Below the pieces are notes generated by a model. That model did not search any database. It worked only from the letters and a program-made list of their open reading frames with translations, and was not told the DNA's origin. A stretch of 64,000 nucleotides of DNA from Candidatus Marinacidobacterales bacterium (GTDB lineage Bacteria; Acidobacteriota; Vicinamibacteria; Marinacidobacterales; SMYC01). How positions within the stretch are numbered: the first letter of the stretch is position 1; every line of letters starts with the position of its first letter. Shown piece after piece: positions 32,457 through 42,797 of this stretch. The stretch lies in NCBI GenBank assembly GCA_965250115.1, contig CBDFNJ010000001.1:747334-811333 (forward strand). The letters are read 5' to 3'. The translations under genes and the position numbers were made by a program.

Positions 32457-32602
32457 CTCCCTTGAAGCCGAGACGAGCCCGACGTCGTTGCGAAACCCTC
32501 TCTTAGATTGACTATGAATTCTTAAGAACATTGACTATTATGAGACAATCTGATTGAGCGAATTGACAATGTCACCTTACAGATGTTGTCTATTAATTGA
32601 CA

Positions 32603-33634
32603 ATGAGCGTCAGGACGAAAGACCGAATCCTGAAATACCTCGGTTCCCATCCGGGGGCGGGAGGCAAGGCGCTGCGCGAGCACCTGGGTGTCAGCCGACA
32701 AGCCTTGAGCGTCCACCTTCGCGATCTGGTCCGCGAGGAAAAAATAGTCAAGTCCGGTTCCACGCGTGGGGCAAGCTACCAGCTGGCCGGCTCACAACCG
32801 CAGCCTCGGAAAGCGTCGCGGCGCGCCGTGCTCGAGGGCCTCGACGAAAGCCTCGTCTACGACGAGCTCGCCACGCGATTGAACTTGGGCTCTGAGCTTC
32901 GAGGCAACGTGCGCGCTTTGGTGCGCTACGGCTTCACGGAAATGCTCAACAACGCCATCGATCACTCGAAAGCCGAAACCTGCAACGTCTCTCTGGAGAT
33001 CGATTCGGCGAAGGTGGCTTTCGACGTGAAGGATCGCGGGGTAGGAGCGTTTCACTCCATCGCTTCCAAGTTCTCGCTCCCCGACGAGGAAGCCGCGATG
33101 ATCGAGCTCCTCAAGGGCAAGACCACGACGGCGCCGGAGCGCCACACGGGAGAAGGGATCTTTTTCACCGCCCGTGCCGCCGACGAGCTCACACTGCGCT
33201 CCCACCGTCTCCAGCTGGAGTGGAGCAAGAGCCGAGACGACGTCTTCGTCTCCGAGAGACGCCACATCGAGGGCACCCACGTAAGCGTCACGTTGTTTCA
33301 CGCCACACGACGCCGTTTGGAGGACGTCTTCCGGGAGTTTGCTCCGGCAGATTACGACTACGAATTCCAGAAAACGAGAATTCTCATTCGGCTGCTGCGG
33401 CGTGACTACGTCTCGCGTTCAGAGGCCAAGAGGCTTCTCACGAACCTGGACAAGTTTCGGGAGGTTCGGCTCGACTTTAGAGACGTACAGTCGGTAGGCC
33501 AGGGCTTCGCGGACGAGGTTTTCCGCGTCTTCGCTCGAGAACATCCTGACGTCCTAATCGTGCCGGCGCGCGCGTCACCCGCGGTTTTGGCCATGCTTCG
33601 CCACGTCGGCTACGCGGGCGCGGGCGAGCACTAG
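32603..33634 (+). CDS. wHTH + HATPase-like + STAS-like (DUF4325) protein
   Basis: N-terminal HTH (LGVSRQALSVHL), TEMLNNAIDHS, DRGVG, GEGIFF, LDFRDVQSVGQGFADEVFR. Confidence 0.85.
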   Translation: MSVRTKDRILKYLGSHPGAGGKALREHLGVSRQALSVHLRDLVREEKIVKSGSTRGASYQLAGSQPQPRKASRRAVLEGLDESLVYDELATRLNLGSELRGNVRALVRYGFTEMLNNAIDHSKAETCNVSLEIDSAKVAFDVKDRGVGAFHSIASKFSLPDEEAAMIELLKGKTTTAPERHTGEGIFFTARAADELTLRSHRLQLEWSKSRDDVFVSERRHIEGTHVSVTLFHATRRRLEDVFREFAPADYDYEFQKTRILIRLLRRDYVSRSEAKRLLTNLDKFREVRLDFRDVQSVGQGFADEVFRVFAREHPDVLIVPARASPAVLAMLRHVGYAGAGEH

Positions 33635-33647
33635 TTCTTCGCGGCCA

Positions 33648-35465
33648 TCACGGATGGGCGACGACGACGAGAGATTTCGCCCGATCGCGGGCGCAGATGA
33701 GCGCGCGACGAAGGTTCCCGGGATCGAGGGCCGCGAAGCTCTCGTCGAGAAGCACGAGATCACCGCCCTGAAGCAGCGCCCGCGCGAGGAAGGTGCGACT
33801 CCGCTCGCCGTGAGAGAGCTGCCAGCCCGTCTCGCCGACGAGCTGGTTCATCCCCCCGGCATCTTCTCGAGAAGCTCTCCGAGACCGAGCTCCGGGGCAA
33901 GACCTTCGGCCTCCTGCCAGTCCTTAGCACTCGGCGGCCAACGGCGTCCCATCAAAAGGTTGAAGGCGAAGGTCTCGGTGAAGACGTGGCTCTCGTGAAA
34001 CTGAGGGGCCGTCGCGATCCGCCGCGTCCATCCGTGCGCTCCCAGGCTCTCCCGATCGAGTCCCTTCAGACGAAGCCGACCGGACGTCGGTGTCCTGAGT
34101 CCGTTCAGAAGCGAGAGCAACGTCGACTTGCCACCTCCGGAGGGAGACGTCAGAAGAACGCGGTCGTCAGGTCCGAGGCGAAAGCGGCCGTCACGAATCG
34201 TCGCTTCGGCGCGGCCGGGATACTGGAAGAGAAGATCCTCGGCAGTCACGGTGGCCGCCTCGTTCTCGGCGCGCGCATTGGGATCCCCTGGAAGAGGCTC
34301 GCGGCTGGCCGCGCGAAAGAGTGGCTCGACGCGTCCCCAGGCGATGACGGCGTCGAGGAGCGCAGACAGACCGTCCGTGAGTTTCTTCAAGGCTCGCGAC
34401 GCCAGGATCGTGCCGCCGAGACCGACGGCCACCCGCTCTATGCTCGCTCCACCGCCGACCATGGCGGGAGCGAGGCCGAGAAGGCCGATCGGAAGCCAGG
34501 CGCGATGGGCGACTGCGAGAAAGCGCTTCAGATGGTCCACCTCGCGCGATCGATCGAGATAGCCCGAAAGGCGTGCGTCTTCTTCGTCGTACTACGCCTC
34601 GGGCGCTTGCTGCGCGAGCCGGGTGCGATGGCCGACCATGAGCTCGAGGAGCGCGGCCATAGAGAGCAGTCCCCCCGAGAGCGCGAGTGACTCCACGGCT
34701 TCGGACTCGAAGACTCTCGCGAGGTGTCGGCCGGCGCCGTCCCGCCGGGTCTCGTCCGGCTCGAGACGCATCGCGCCGAGAAGGAGTCGCCTCTTGAGAA
34801 GACCTCCCGCCGCGACGGCGATCTTTCCCTCGTACCACGTCGAGAGCATGCGAAAGGGAAGCATGGTCAGAAAGACGAGCGCCCAGGCGGAAAGCCACCC
34901 CCAGTCGATGCGACCGCTGAGCGCACCGCGGCCGATGAGCCACCAGGAAACGATGAAGAGGCCGTAGTCGATCGCGTAGGTCGACGCGAAGGCGAAAGCG
35001 AGCGACTTGAGCCGCGTGTCTTTGACCTCGTCTCGGAGAGAGCCCGGACGTTCCCTGAGAAGCCACACCCGCTCGCGGACCACGCCGCTTTTTCGCTCGG
35101 TGGTGAGGTGTTCTTTCGCCCGCCGCCGCGCGTCGGGTGCGAGGTCGAGAGAGTCGACTACGCTCTCTACCTCATTCGGACCATCGCCAGTCGTCTCGCG
35201 TTCGAGGGCTTCCACGGGGTACAGGCGTTCGCTTCCCCGCTCGTCTAAAACACGAACGTTCCTCGAGCCGCCACGCGTCATGAGAAGGAATCGACCGCGC
35301 TCGAGAGCTAGAATAGCTGGAGCGCCCGAGCACAGGAACTTCGGCACTTCGGCCTTCGACAGTGTGAGTGGTTGCGCTTCAACGCCTGCGAACCTCGCCG
35401 CGGAGACGAGCCACTCGTCGAGCTCTCCTTCGGGCGGCGGCGCGAGCGCTCATCGATTCTTCCTT
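33648..35465 (-). pseudogene. Second ABC exporter subunit (TMD+NBD), frameshifted and internally deleted
   Basis: Fragments 34592-35347, 33848-34540 (SPSGGGKST) and 33648-33851 (LSHGERSR..LLDESFAALD); the TMD is too short at LLEL|MVGHRTRLAQ; 5' boundary approximate. Confidence 0.8.
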
Positions 35466-37762
35466 CGCGCAATCGAAAGCGCCGCCATGAGCTCTCAGAC
35501 CAGAGCGCCTCGAGCTCTCGATCGGCGTCGCGGAGACGAGCGAAGCGAGATCCCGGAGCCTCGAGAAGCGCTTTCGGCGATCCATCCTCGGCGAGGCGTC
35601 CCCCTTCGAGAACGAGCACACGGTCGAAGCCCTCGGCTTCGGCGATGTCATGGGTCACGCAGAGCAGCGTCGCGTCCCTCCACAGTCGACGCGTACGAGC
35701 GAGAAGCTCTCCCCGCCGCTCCCGATCGAGCCCTCCGCCTTCGCCAAGCGGCCTGCTCCCTCCGTCGGGGAGACCTTGGAGCACAGACCGCAAATCCGCG
35801 AGCTCGAAGACGGAAGCGACGTCGCGCGCGTCGTTTCCGTAGCGCAGATTCTCGACGAAGCTTCGATTCCAGATCTGAACCTCCGGGTCGACCCAGGCGA
35901 TCTCACGCCTCACCGACGCGAGACGGTCGCCGCTCAAGATCCCCCCGTCGACGACCACGCGGCCCTCGTCGGGAAAGTGCCAGCCGAGCGGCAGACTGAG
36001 CAGGGAGGTCTTTCCCGCACCCGAGGGGCCCACGATTGCCACGTGGCTTCCCGGCTCGATGACGAGGTCGATCGTCTGAAGGATCGCGTGGCCGGCAGGG
36101 CGCAGGTTCACTCCCTCGAATCGAAGGGACATAGCACGGGAGTCCGCTACCTTCGAGCTCGAACCATCCGCCTTGGGCGCGACCTCGGTCTCCTCGAGGG
36201 CACGCAAGGGCTCCCCGAGTCGCAAGCTCACGTTCCGAAGCGCCGGATAGCGCCAGCAGAGAGAAACGAGCTCGAGCCCGAGGACGGGAAGGTTGAGCGC
36301 CCAATAGGCGAGTAGAAGGACGGCGGCCGTTTCTCCCCCGGCGCCTAGATAGGTGAACAGCAGAAACACGATGAGACCGTAGCCGGCAAGGAACTGCGCG
36401 CCACTCAGACCAACGGCGACCCGCTGCAAACCGAGCCTCGCACGCGCCCAGTGCACGAGCAGAGCCTCGTGCTCTTCTCGCATCGCGCGCTCCGCGCCAT
36501 GAGCTTTGAGGGGGACGAGACCGAGCAGCGCATCGAGGTAGAAGCAACTCAGTCCACCCAGGTGGCTCCTCACGCGAAGGTCGCGCTCGTGTAGAAGCCT
36601 CTGCCCGGCGATGGGAATCACGAGGGCCGCGACGAGCATCAGGAGAACGAAAGGCGCGGTACCTGGCGCGAGCCAAACGATGGCAGCCGCGGTAAGAGCG
36701 AGCTCGAAGCCGGCGCGCGCAACCTGCCCGGTCAGTTGCGGTACGGTCCTCAACAGGTGGCTCGAGTGGTTGCGCTCGGCCATATCCGACACGAGACGAC
36801 TTCGAAAATAGCGGTCCGAGAGACGAGCTACTTTCCGCTGAAGCGCGAGACGAAGCCGCGACGAGGAGCGACGGAGCCGCCCTACCCTCTTCGAAGACCT
36901 GCCGGAGCAAGTCGCGGAGCGGGCGCTCGGGAGTTTCGTCGCGGGCGGCATCGATGCGCGTTGAAAAAGAGCTCACTTCCACCGGCTCTTCGCTCGGCCG
37001 GACGAGCACGGCGCCGCGGACCTCGAGCATCGCGCCTTCGCCCGGCCGCTCAGACCGCGCAGACCATGCAGAAAAGTAGCGCTCGGGAATTGCGCCAGGT
37101 TGTTGCTTTTCTTTCTCGTAGAGAGCCCGCGCGAGCGCGAGACCGTCCCGTCCGAGGCCCGCAGCGGAAGCAGCTCGGAAGTCGGCGTCGAGGTCCGCGA
37201 GCGAGCGCCAGTCAGGATCAGAAAGAGCCTCTCCGAGGAGCGCGGAGGCCTCCTCGGCAGACGCACCGACAGCCGCGAGTCGGCGAGAGAAGCCGGCCGT
37301 CGCTTCCTTCGCACCCGCCCAGGCTCTCCAGTCCTCGGCCGCAACCTCCATCCGGTGCTCGAAGAGCTCGGCCATGAGCTCGACACGCGTCAGCCAGCGA
37401 CGGCCGGAGGCGGGATCCATGACTTGGACGAGGCCATGAAATACGTTCCAAATCACGACGAAGTGGGAATTGCCGTTGGGCAGGCGGAAGACGGCGACGG
37501 CGGGCAGGTTCCGAGAGCCCGCGAGCAGCACGTGGTCTCTCGGCACGAGAACCTGCTCGGCCGGCAAGCCAAAGTAGGTCGCAAGCTCCTCGAGAGTCTC
37601 GATAGCCGTGCCATCGACGTCCGTTTGGCAGGCTTCACGGAGCCTCCCGTAGCTCACGGGAATGCCGTGGCCCTCGAGAAAGGCCTTCAAGGCTGCCGGA
37701 CCGCAGTCCATTGCCGAGGACTGCACGACCTCCGGGATGAGCCTCTTTCTGCCAGCTGCCAT
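35440..37762 (-). pseudogene. C39 peptidase-containing ABC exporter (PCAT), frameshifted and deleted
   Basis: QSSAMDCGPAAL, HFVV and VMDP (Cys-His-Asp triad intact); frame change near 36900; GPSGAGKT present but signature and Walker B missing at LGEGGG|LDRERR. Confidence 0.85.
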
Positions 37763-37959
37763 GGTAGTTTCGGGCGTGAGGCAGTGTACCAGTTCTAACT
37801 CTTTTATCCAGAACCTTTAAGACTCAACGAGGACTTGTCTCGATGGGACGCTTTGAGTACAATCGCTTGTTTCGCGCCGACGGGGGTACACACCTCGCCC
37901 AGAAGGGCGGCGCGGCATAAACAACGGTCCAAACCAATCGAACAGGAGGTACACGTTCT

Positions 37960-38715
37960 ATGGAACCCGCTTCCTCGAAATCGATGATCGAGGCACTCGG
38001 TCTTACCAAGTACTACGGTCCGTTCATCGCGACCGAGAACATCACCTTCGCCATTCCGCAAGGGCAGATCGTTGCCTTCCTCGGACCCAACGGTGCCGGT
38101 AAGACCACGACCATGAAGATGCTCTCGGGTTACCTCGCCCCGAGCGAAGGGGCGGCGAGGATCGCCGGGCTCGACGTGCACAAGGAGCGAATCGAAGCTT
38201 CCAAGCGGCTCGGCTATCTGCCCGAGAACGGCCCGCTCTATCCGGACATGACGCCGCTCGAGCTCCTCACGTTCTTCGGAGAGGCTCGCGAGCTCGGCCC
38301 CAAACTGTTGAGAGAGCGCATCGATGCCGTGCGTAGCCTCTGCGCGCTCGAGCAAGTCCTCGAGAAACCCATCGGGAAGTTGTCCCGAGGATTGCGACAA
38401 CGTGTGGGGCTCGCGCAAGCGCTTCTGCACGACCCGGACGTTCTCATCATGGACGAGCCCACGGCCGGTCTCGACCCCAATCAGATCCGCCAGTTCCGCG
38501 AGAACATCAGGACGCTGGGACGAAACAAAACGATTCTCATCTCGACCCACATCTTGCAGGAGGTCGAGGCCGTGGCCGACTACGTGCTCTTCGTCAACAA
38601 CGGACGGATGGTCTTCGAAGGTACGCCCGCGGAGTTGAAGGACGGCGCCTCACTCGAGAAGCCTTTCTATCGTCTGACCCACCAGGCCGACGAGGAGGCG
38701 AGCGTCAATGTTTGA
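37960..38715 (+). CDS. ABC ATPase (GldA-like)
   Basis: GPNGAGKT, LSRGLRQR, IMDEPTAGLD. Confidence 0.9.
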   Translation: MEPASSKSMIEALGLTKYYGPFIATENITFAIPQGQIVAFLGPNGAGKTTTMKMLSGYLAPSEGAARIAGLDVHKERIEASKRLGYLPENGPLYPDMTPLELLTFFGEARELGPKLLRERIDAVRSLCALEQVLEKPIGKLSRGLRQRVGLAQALLHDPDVLIMDEPTAGLDPNQIRQFRENIRTLGRNKTILISTHILQEVEAVADYVLFVNNGRMVFEGTPAELKDGASLEKPFYRLTHQADEEASVNV

Positions 38716-41401
38716 GAAGATCAATTTCAATATCGTGCGAGCGATCGTCAAACGAGATCTGAAGATGTACTTCTCCAATCCCACTGGCTACGTTTTCATC
38801 ACGCTCTTCATCTTCCTGAGCGCGGCGGCGGCGTTCTGGCAGGACCGCTTTTTCCTGAACAACCTGGCCAATCTGGATCAGCTCAACACCGTCTTCCCCT
38901 ATCTGCTCGTATTCTTCGTCCCCGCGCTCACGATGTCCGTCTGGGCGGCAGAAAAGAACCTCGGGACGGACGAGCTGCTGCTCACCCTCCCTGCGACCGA
39001 TCTGGAGATCGTGCTCGGGAAGTTCCTTGCCGTCTTGTCCATCTACACGGTTGCGCTCGGACTGTCGCTCAGCCACGTCATCGTTCTGCTGTGGCTCGGA
39101 AGTCCCGACCTGGGTCTCATGTTCGCCAACTACCTAGGTTTCTGGCTCGCGGGAGCCGCGCTCATCGCGGTCGGTATGGTCGCCTCGCAGCTGACGACCA
39201 ATGTCACCATCGCGTTCATTCTCGGCGCCGTGCTCTGCGGCCTCGGTGTCTTCGTCGAGCCGATGGCCGGCATTATCAGTCAGAGCATGGCGCGACTAGT
39301 GGAGCCGCTCGGCGTCTTCCCGCACTTCGAGGATTTCGGCCGCGGAGTCGTAAGCGTGACGGGTCTGCTCTACTTCGTCTCTGTGATCGGGCTCTTCCTC
39401 TACGTGAACGTAGTTCTTTTGAGTCGCAGGCACTGGCCACGCGAAGCCGAAGGCCTCCGGATGTCGACGCATCAGATCATCCGTGCCGTCTCCGTCGTCG
39501 TGATTCTCGTGAGCGCCATCGCTATCATCGGCCGACTCGGGCTGCGCCTCGACACCACGGCTGAGCGACTTCACTCGCTGACGGCCGAGACGAAACAGCT
39601 CCTGCGAAAGCTCGACGCAGACCGCCCCGTCTTCGTCCAAGCCTATTTGAGTCCCGAAGTTCCCGAGCAATACGTCCAGACACGGGCGAACATCATTGGC
39701 CTCCTCAAGGAGATGGCCTCGGTCAGTGGTGGCAAAGTTCAAGTCCTCATGAACGAGACTGAGCCGTTCTCCGAGGAGGCCCGCGAGGCCCGGGAGAAAT
39801 TCGGGATTCAACCACGCGAGATTCCCAACCTCGCGGGCGCCAGAGCGGGGTTTTCGGAAGTCTTTCTCGGACTCGCTTTCACTTGCGGCGCCGAAGAACA
39901 GGTCATCCCTTACTTCGACCGTGGGCTTCCCGCCGAGTACGAGATCGCCCGCGGTATTCGCGTCGTAGCCAATACGGAGCGCAAGAAGATTGGCGTCATC
40001 AATACCCAGCTCCGGCTGTTCGGCGGGCTCGACTTCAACACGATGCAGTCGACTCCGGCCTGGTCGGTCGTGGATGAGCTTCGGAAGCAATACGAGGTCG
40101 TCCAGATCACACCGTCGAGCGCCATTACCGAGGAGGTCGATGGACTGCTCGTCGCGCTGCCCTCGACGATGACACAGGAGGAGATGGGTAACGTTCTCGA
40201 AGTCATCGAGAGGGGAACCCCCGCGCTACTTCTCGACGATCCACTGCCCATCGTCAACTTGAGCCTTGCGCCCTCGGAGCAGGCCGGTGCCAGTAGAAAT
40301 CCCTTCATGAGCCAGGGGCAGCCACCGCCGGAGCCGAAGGGTGACATCCGGGGGTTCTTCGATCGTCTCGGCTTTCGTTGGGAACCGGCGATTGTCGTGT
40401 GGGACACCTACAACCCCCATCCCGATCTCGCCCATTTGCCGCCTGAGGTGGTGTTCCTTGGCCGCGGCAACGAGAACCCCGACGTTTTCAATCCGAACGT
40501 TCCGGCATCCGCCTCGTTGCAGCAGCTCGTGCTGCTCTACCCCGGCCAAGTCGAATCGGCCTCGAAAGAAGGCCTGACGTACCAGCCGCTTCTCGCCACC
40601 GGTGTCTACTCGGGGCGGACTCCCTACTCGCTGATGGTCCAGCGCAACTTTCTCGGAGCGTCATTGAATCGCAACCTGCCTCACCGTCCCGACCCGATGA
40701 GCTATACGATCGCGGCTGAGGTCAAGTCCGCGCCGGACACGGGCGAGGGCGAGGACGAAAGCGAGAGCGATGAAATCGGGTCGCCGATTCACGTCATCGC
40801 CATGACCGACGTCGATTTCATCTCGGAGCAGTTCTTCGAGATCCGCCGGATGGGCCCCGGGAACTTGAACTTCGACAACGTCACGTTCTTTCTCAACGCG
40901 ATGGACACACTGGTTGGCGATGAGTCCTTCATCGCGCTTCGCAACCGCCGCGTCCGCCACCGCACACTCGCGCGGGTCGAGGACCAGACCCGGACTTTCA
41001 TCGAGCAGCGCTCTCAGGAGGAGTTGGAGGCCGAGCGGCGCGCGGAGCAGGCGCTCGCGGAGGCGCAGCGCCGCCTCGATGGCCGGGTGGCGGAGGTCCA
41101 GGATCGAGACGACCTCGACCAGCAAACGAAACAGATCATGGCGCGCAATCTCCAGGAAGTTGAAAATCGAAGGTTCGAGGTCTTGAAATCGAACATCGAG
41201 TCGGACAAAGAAGTGGAAGTTCGCGCGAGCGAAGAACGGATGGAGTCGCAAATTCGCCGAATCCAGAGCGGTATTCGCACCTCGGCCGTTCTGCTGCCGC
41301 CCATTCCCGTCTTCCTACTCGGAGTCTATATTTTCATCCGCCGCCAGCAGCGGGCCAGGGAAGGCGCCTCGGCGGCGCGCCGCCTGAGAGCCGACGGCTA
41401 G
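38708..41401 (+). CDS. GldF-like ABC-2 permease fused to a GldG-like domain
   Basis: PALTMSVWAAEKNLGTDELLLTLP, VLGKFL; RLDTTAERLHSLT..TK.LL GldG-type start; C-terminal TM. Confidence 0.85.
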   Translation: MFEKINFNIVRAIVKRDLKMYFSNPTGYVFITLFIFLSAAAAFWQDRFFLNNLANLDQLNTVFPYLLVFFVPALTMSVWAAEKNLGTDELLLTLPATDLEIVLGKFLAVLSIYTVALGLSLSHVIVLLWLGSPDLGLMFANYLGFWLAGAALIAVGMVASQLTTNVTIAFILGAVLCGLGVFVEPMAGIISQSMARLVEPLGVFPHFEDFGRGVVSVTGLLYFVSVIGLFLYVNVVLLSRRHWPREAEGLRMSTHQIIRAVSVVVILVSAIAIIGRLGLRLDTTAERLHSLTAETKQLLRKLDADRPVFVQAYLSPEVPEQYVQTRANIIGLLKEMASVSGGKVQVLMNETEPFSEEAREAREKFGIQPREIPNLAGARAGFSEVFLGLAFTCGAEEQVIPYFDRGLPAEYEIARGIRVVANTERKKIGVINTQLRLFGGLDFNTMQSTPAWSVVDELRKQYEVVQITPSSAITEEVDGLLVALPSTMTQEEMGNVLEVIERGTPALLLDDPLPIVNLSLAPSEQAGASRNPFMSQGQPPPEPKGDIRGFFDRLGFRWEPAIVVWDTYNPHPDLAHLPPEVVFLGRGNENPDVFNPNVPASASLQQLVLLYPGQVESASKEGLTYQPLLATGVYSGRTPYSLMVQRNFLGASLNRNLPHRPDPMSYTIAAEVKSAPDTGEGEDESESDEIGSPIHVIAMTDVDFISEQFFEIRRMGPGNLNFDNVTFFLNAMDTLVGDESFIALRNRRVRHRTLARVEDQTRTFIEQRSQEELEAERRAEQALAEAQRRLDGRVAEVQDRDDLDQQTKQIMARNLQEVENRRFEVLKSNIESDKEVEVRASEERMESQIRRIQSGIRTSAVLLPPIPVFLLGVYIFIRRQQRAREGASAARRLRADG

Positions 41402-41431
41402 CAGGGTGCCCAAGCAATTGGAGTAAGAGCC

Positions 41432-42793
41432 ATGGAAACGAAAAGCGAGCTAACACTGACCAAGACCCTGGCGGGTGTCGCGCTTCTTGTCGCGGTTGTG
41501 GCTTTCGCCACCGCGCCCCGGAACGTGACTCCAAGCGCTTTCCTGGATCAGGGAGAGCCGTTCTTTCCCGACTTCCAGGACCCGAACGTCGCCAGAACCC
41601 TGGAAGTGATCGAGTTCGACGAGGAGACCGCCGCGGCCCGACCTTTCAAGGTCACAAATCGGAACGGGATCTGGACGATCCCCTCCCATCACGACTATTC
41701 GGCCGACGGAGAGGAGCGGCTCGCGCAGACCGCCGCCGGGGTCATCACGATCGCGAAGGACGACTTCCGCTCCGACAACGTGGCCGACCACGAGGTCCTA
41801 GGCGTCATCGATCCTCTCGACGAAACCGCGACGAGCCTGCAAGGTCGCGGCAAGCGTGTCACGATCAAGAGCGAGAACGAAGTCGTGCTCGCCGATCTGA
41901 TCATTGGCAAGGACGTCGAGGGCCGCGAAGGATTCCGCTTCGTTCGCGTACCACAACAGAAACGCGTCTATGCGGCAAAGGCTGACGTCGATATCTCGAC
42001 GAAGTTCGAGGACTGGATCGAGAAGGACTTGCTGCAGGTGGAACGAGACCAGTTCGACCGCGTGACCCTGAAGGATTACTCGATTGACGAGCGCAGTCTC
42101 ATGGTCGATCTGCGCGACACGGTCGAGCTCGAGAAGCAAGACGGCGAGTGGAGTATGGGCCGAACGCCGGCGAACCGGGAGATCGACTCGACGAAGATGA
42201 ACGACCTCCTTGCCGAACTCGACGATTTGAAGATCGTCGGCGTGAGGCCGAAGCCGGAAGGTATCGAGGACCGCCTATCGGGTCTGACGATGTCACGGCA
42301 GGACGCTCTTTCACTCCAGAGCCGTGGTTACTATCTCACGCGTACGGGCGATCTGATGTCGAACGAGGGGGATCTGGAGGCCGCGACCGCGGAAGGTCTT
42401 CGCTACACGCTGCGGTTCGGCGAGATTCTCTACGGTCGAGGCGAGGCGATAAGCGCGGGAGCCGGGTCGACCGGAGACGAGTCAACCGGCCCGGGCGAGA
42501 ACCGCTATCTCTTCATCAGCATCGCCTTCGATCCCACGCTCGTTCCGGAACCCCCGAAACCCGCCAATAGGGATTTCGAGGGCAAGGAAGCGGACGACCT
42601 GACCGACGAGGACAAGAAGAACGAAGAGCTCGAGGAAGCTCACAATCGCTGGGCCGAAACCATAGAGAGGGGGCGAGAAAAGGCAGCCGAGCGGTCGCAA
42701 CGTTTCGCACCCTGGTACTACGTGATCCCCGCCTCGAGCTTCGACAAGATCCACCTGAATCGGGACGATCTCCTCAAGGACGCGGAGACTTAG
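41432..42793 (+). CDS. DUF4340-like membrane-anchored protein
   Basis: N-terminal TM, acidic soluble domain, typical position after GldG-like genes. Confidence 0.7.
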   Translation: METKSELTLTKTLAGVALLVAVVAFATAPRNVTPSAFLDQGEPFFPDFQDPNVARTLEVIEFDEETAAARPFKVTNRNGIWTIPSHHDYSADGEERLAQTAAGVITIAKDDFRSDNVADHEVLGVIDPLDETATSLQGRGKRVTIKSENEVVLADLIIGKDVEGREGFRFVRVPQQKRVYAAKADVDISTKFEDWIEKDLLQVERDQFDRVTLKDYSIDERSLMVDLRDTVELEKQDGEWSMGRTPANREIDSTKMNDLLAELDDLKIVGVRPKPEGIEDRLSGLTMSRQDALSLQSRGYYLTRTGDLMSNEGDLEAATAEGLRYTLRFGEILYGRGEAISAGAGSTGDESTGPGENRYLFISIAFDPTLVPEPPKPANRDFEGKEADDLTDEDKKNEELEEAHNRWAETIERGREKAAERSQRFAPWYYVIPASSFDKIHLNRDDLLKDAET

Positions 42794-42797
42794 AGCT

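Noticed and set aside
37960-42793. Gld-like module as evidence of gliding motility or as the peptide exporter
   Set aside because: GldA/F/G-DUF4340 modules are widespread in non-gliding bacteria; it is divergently transcribed and no link is shown
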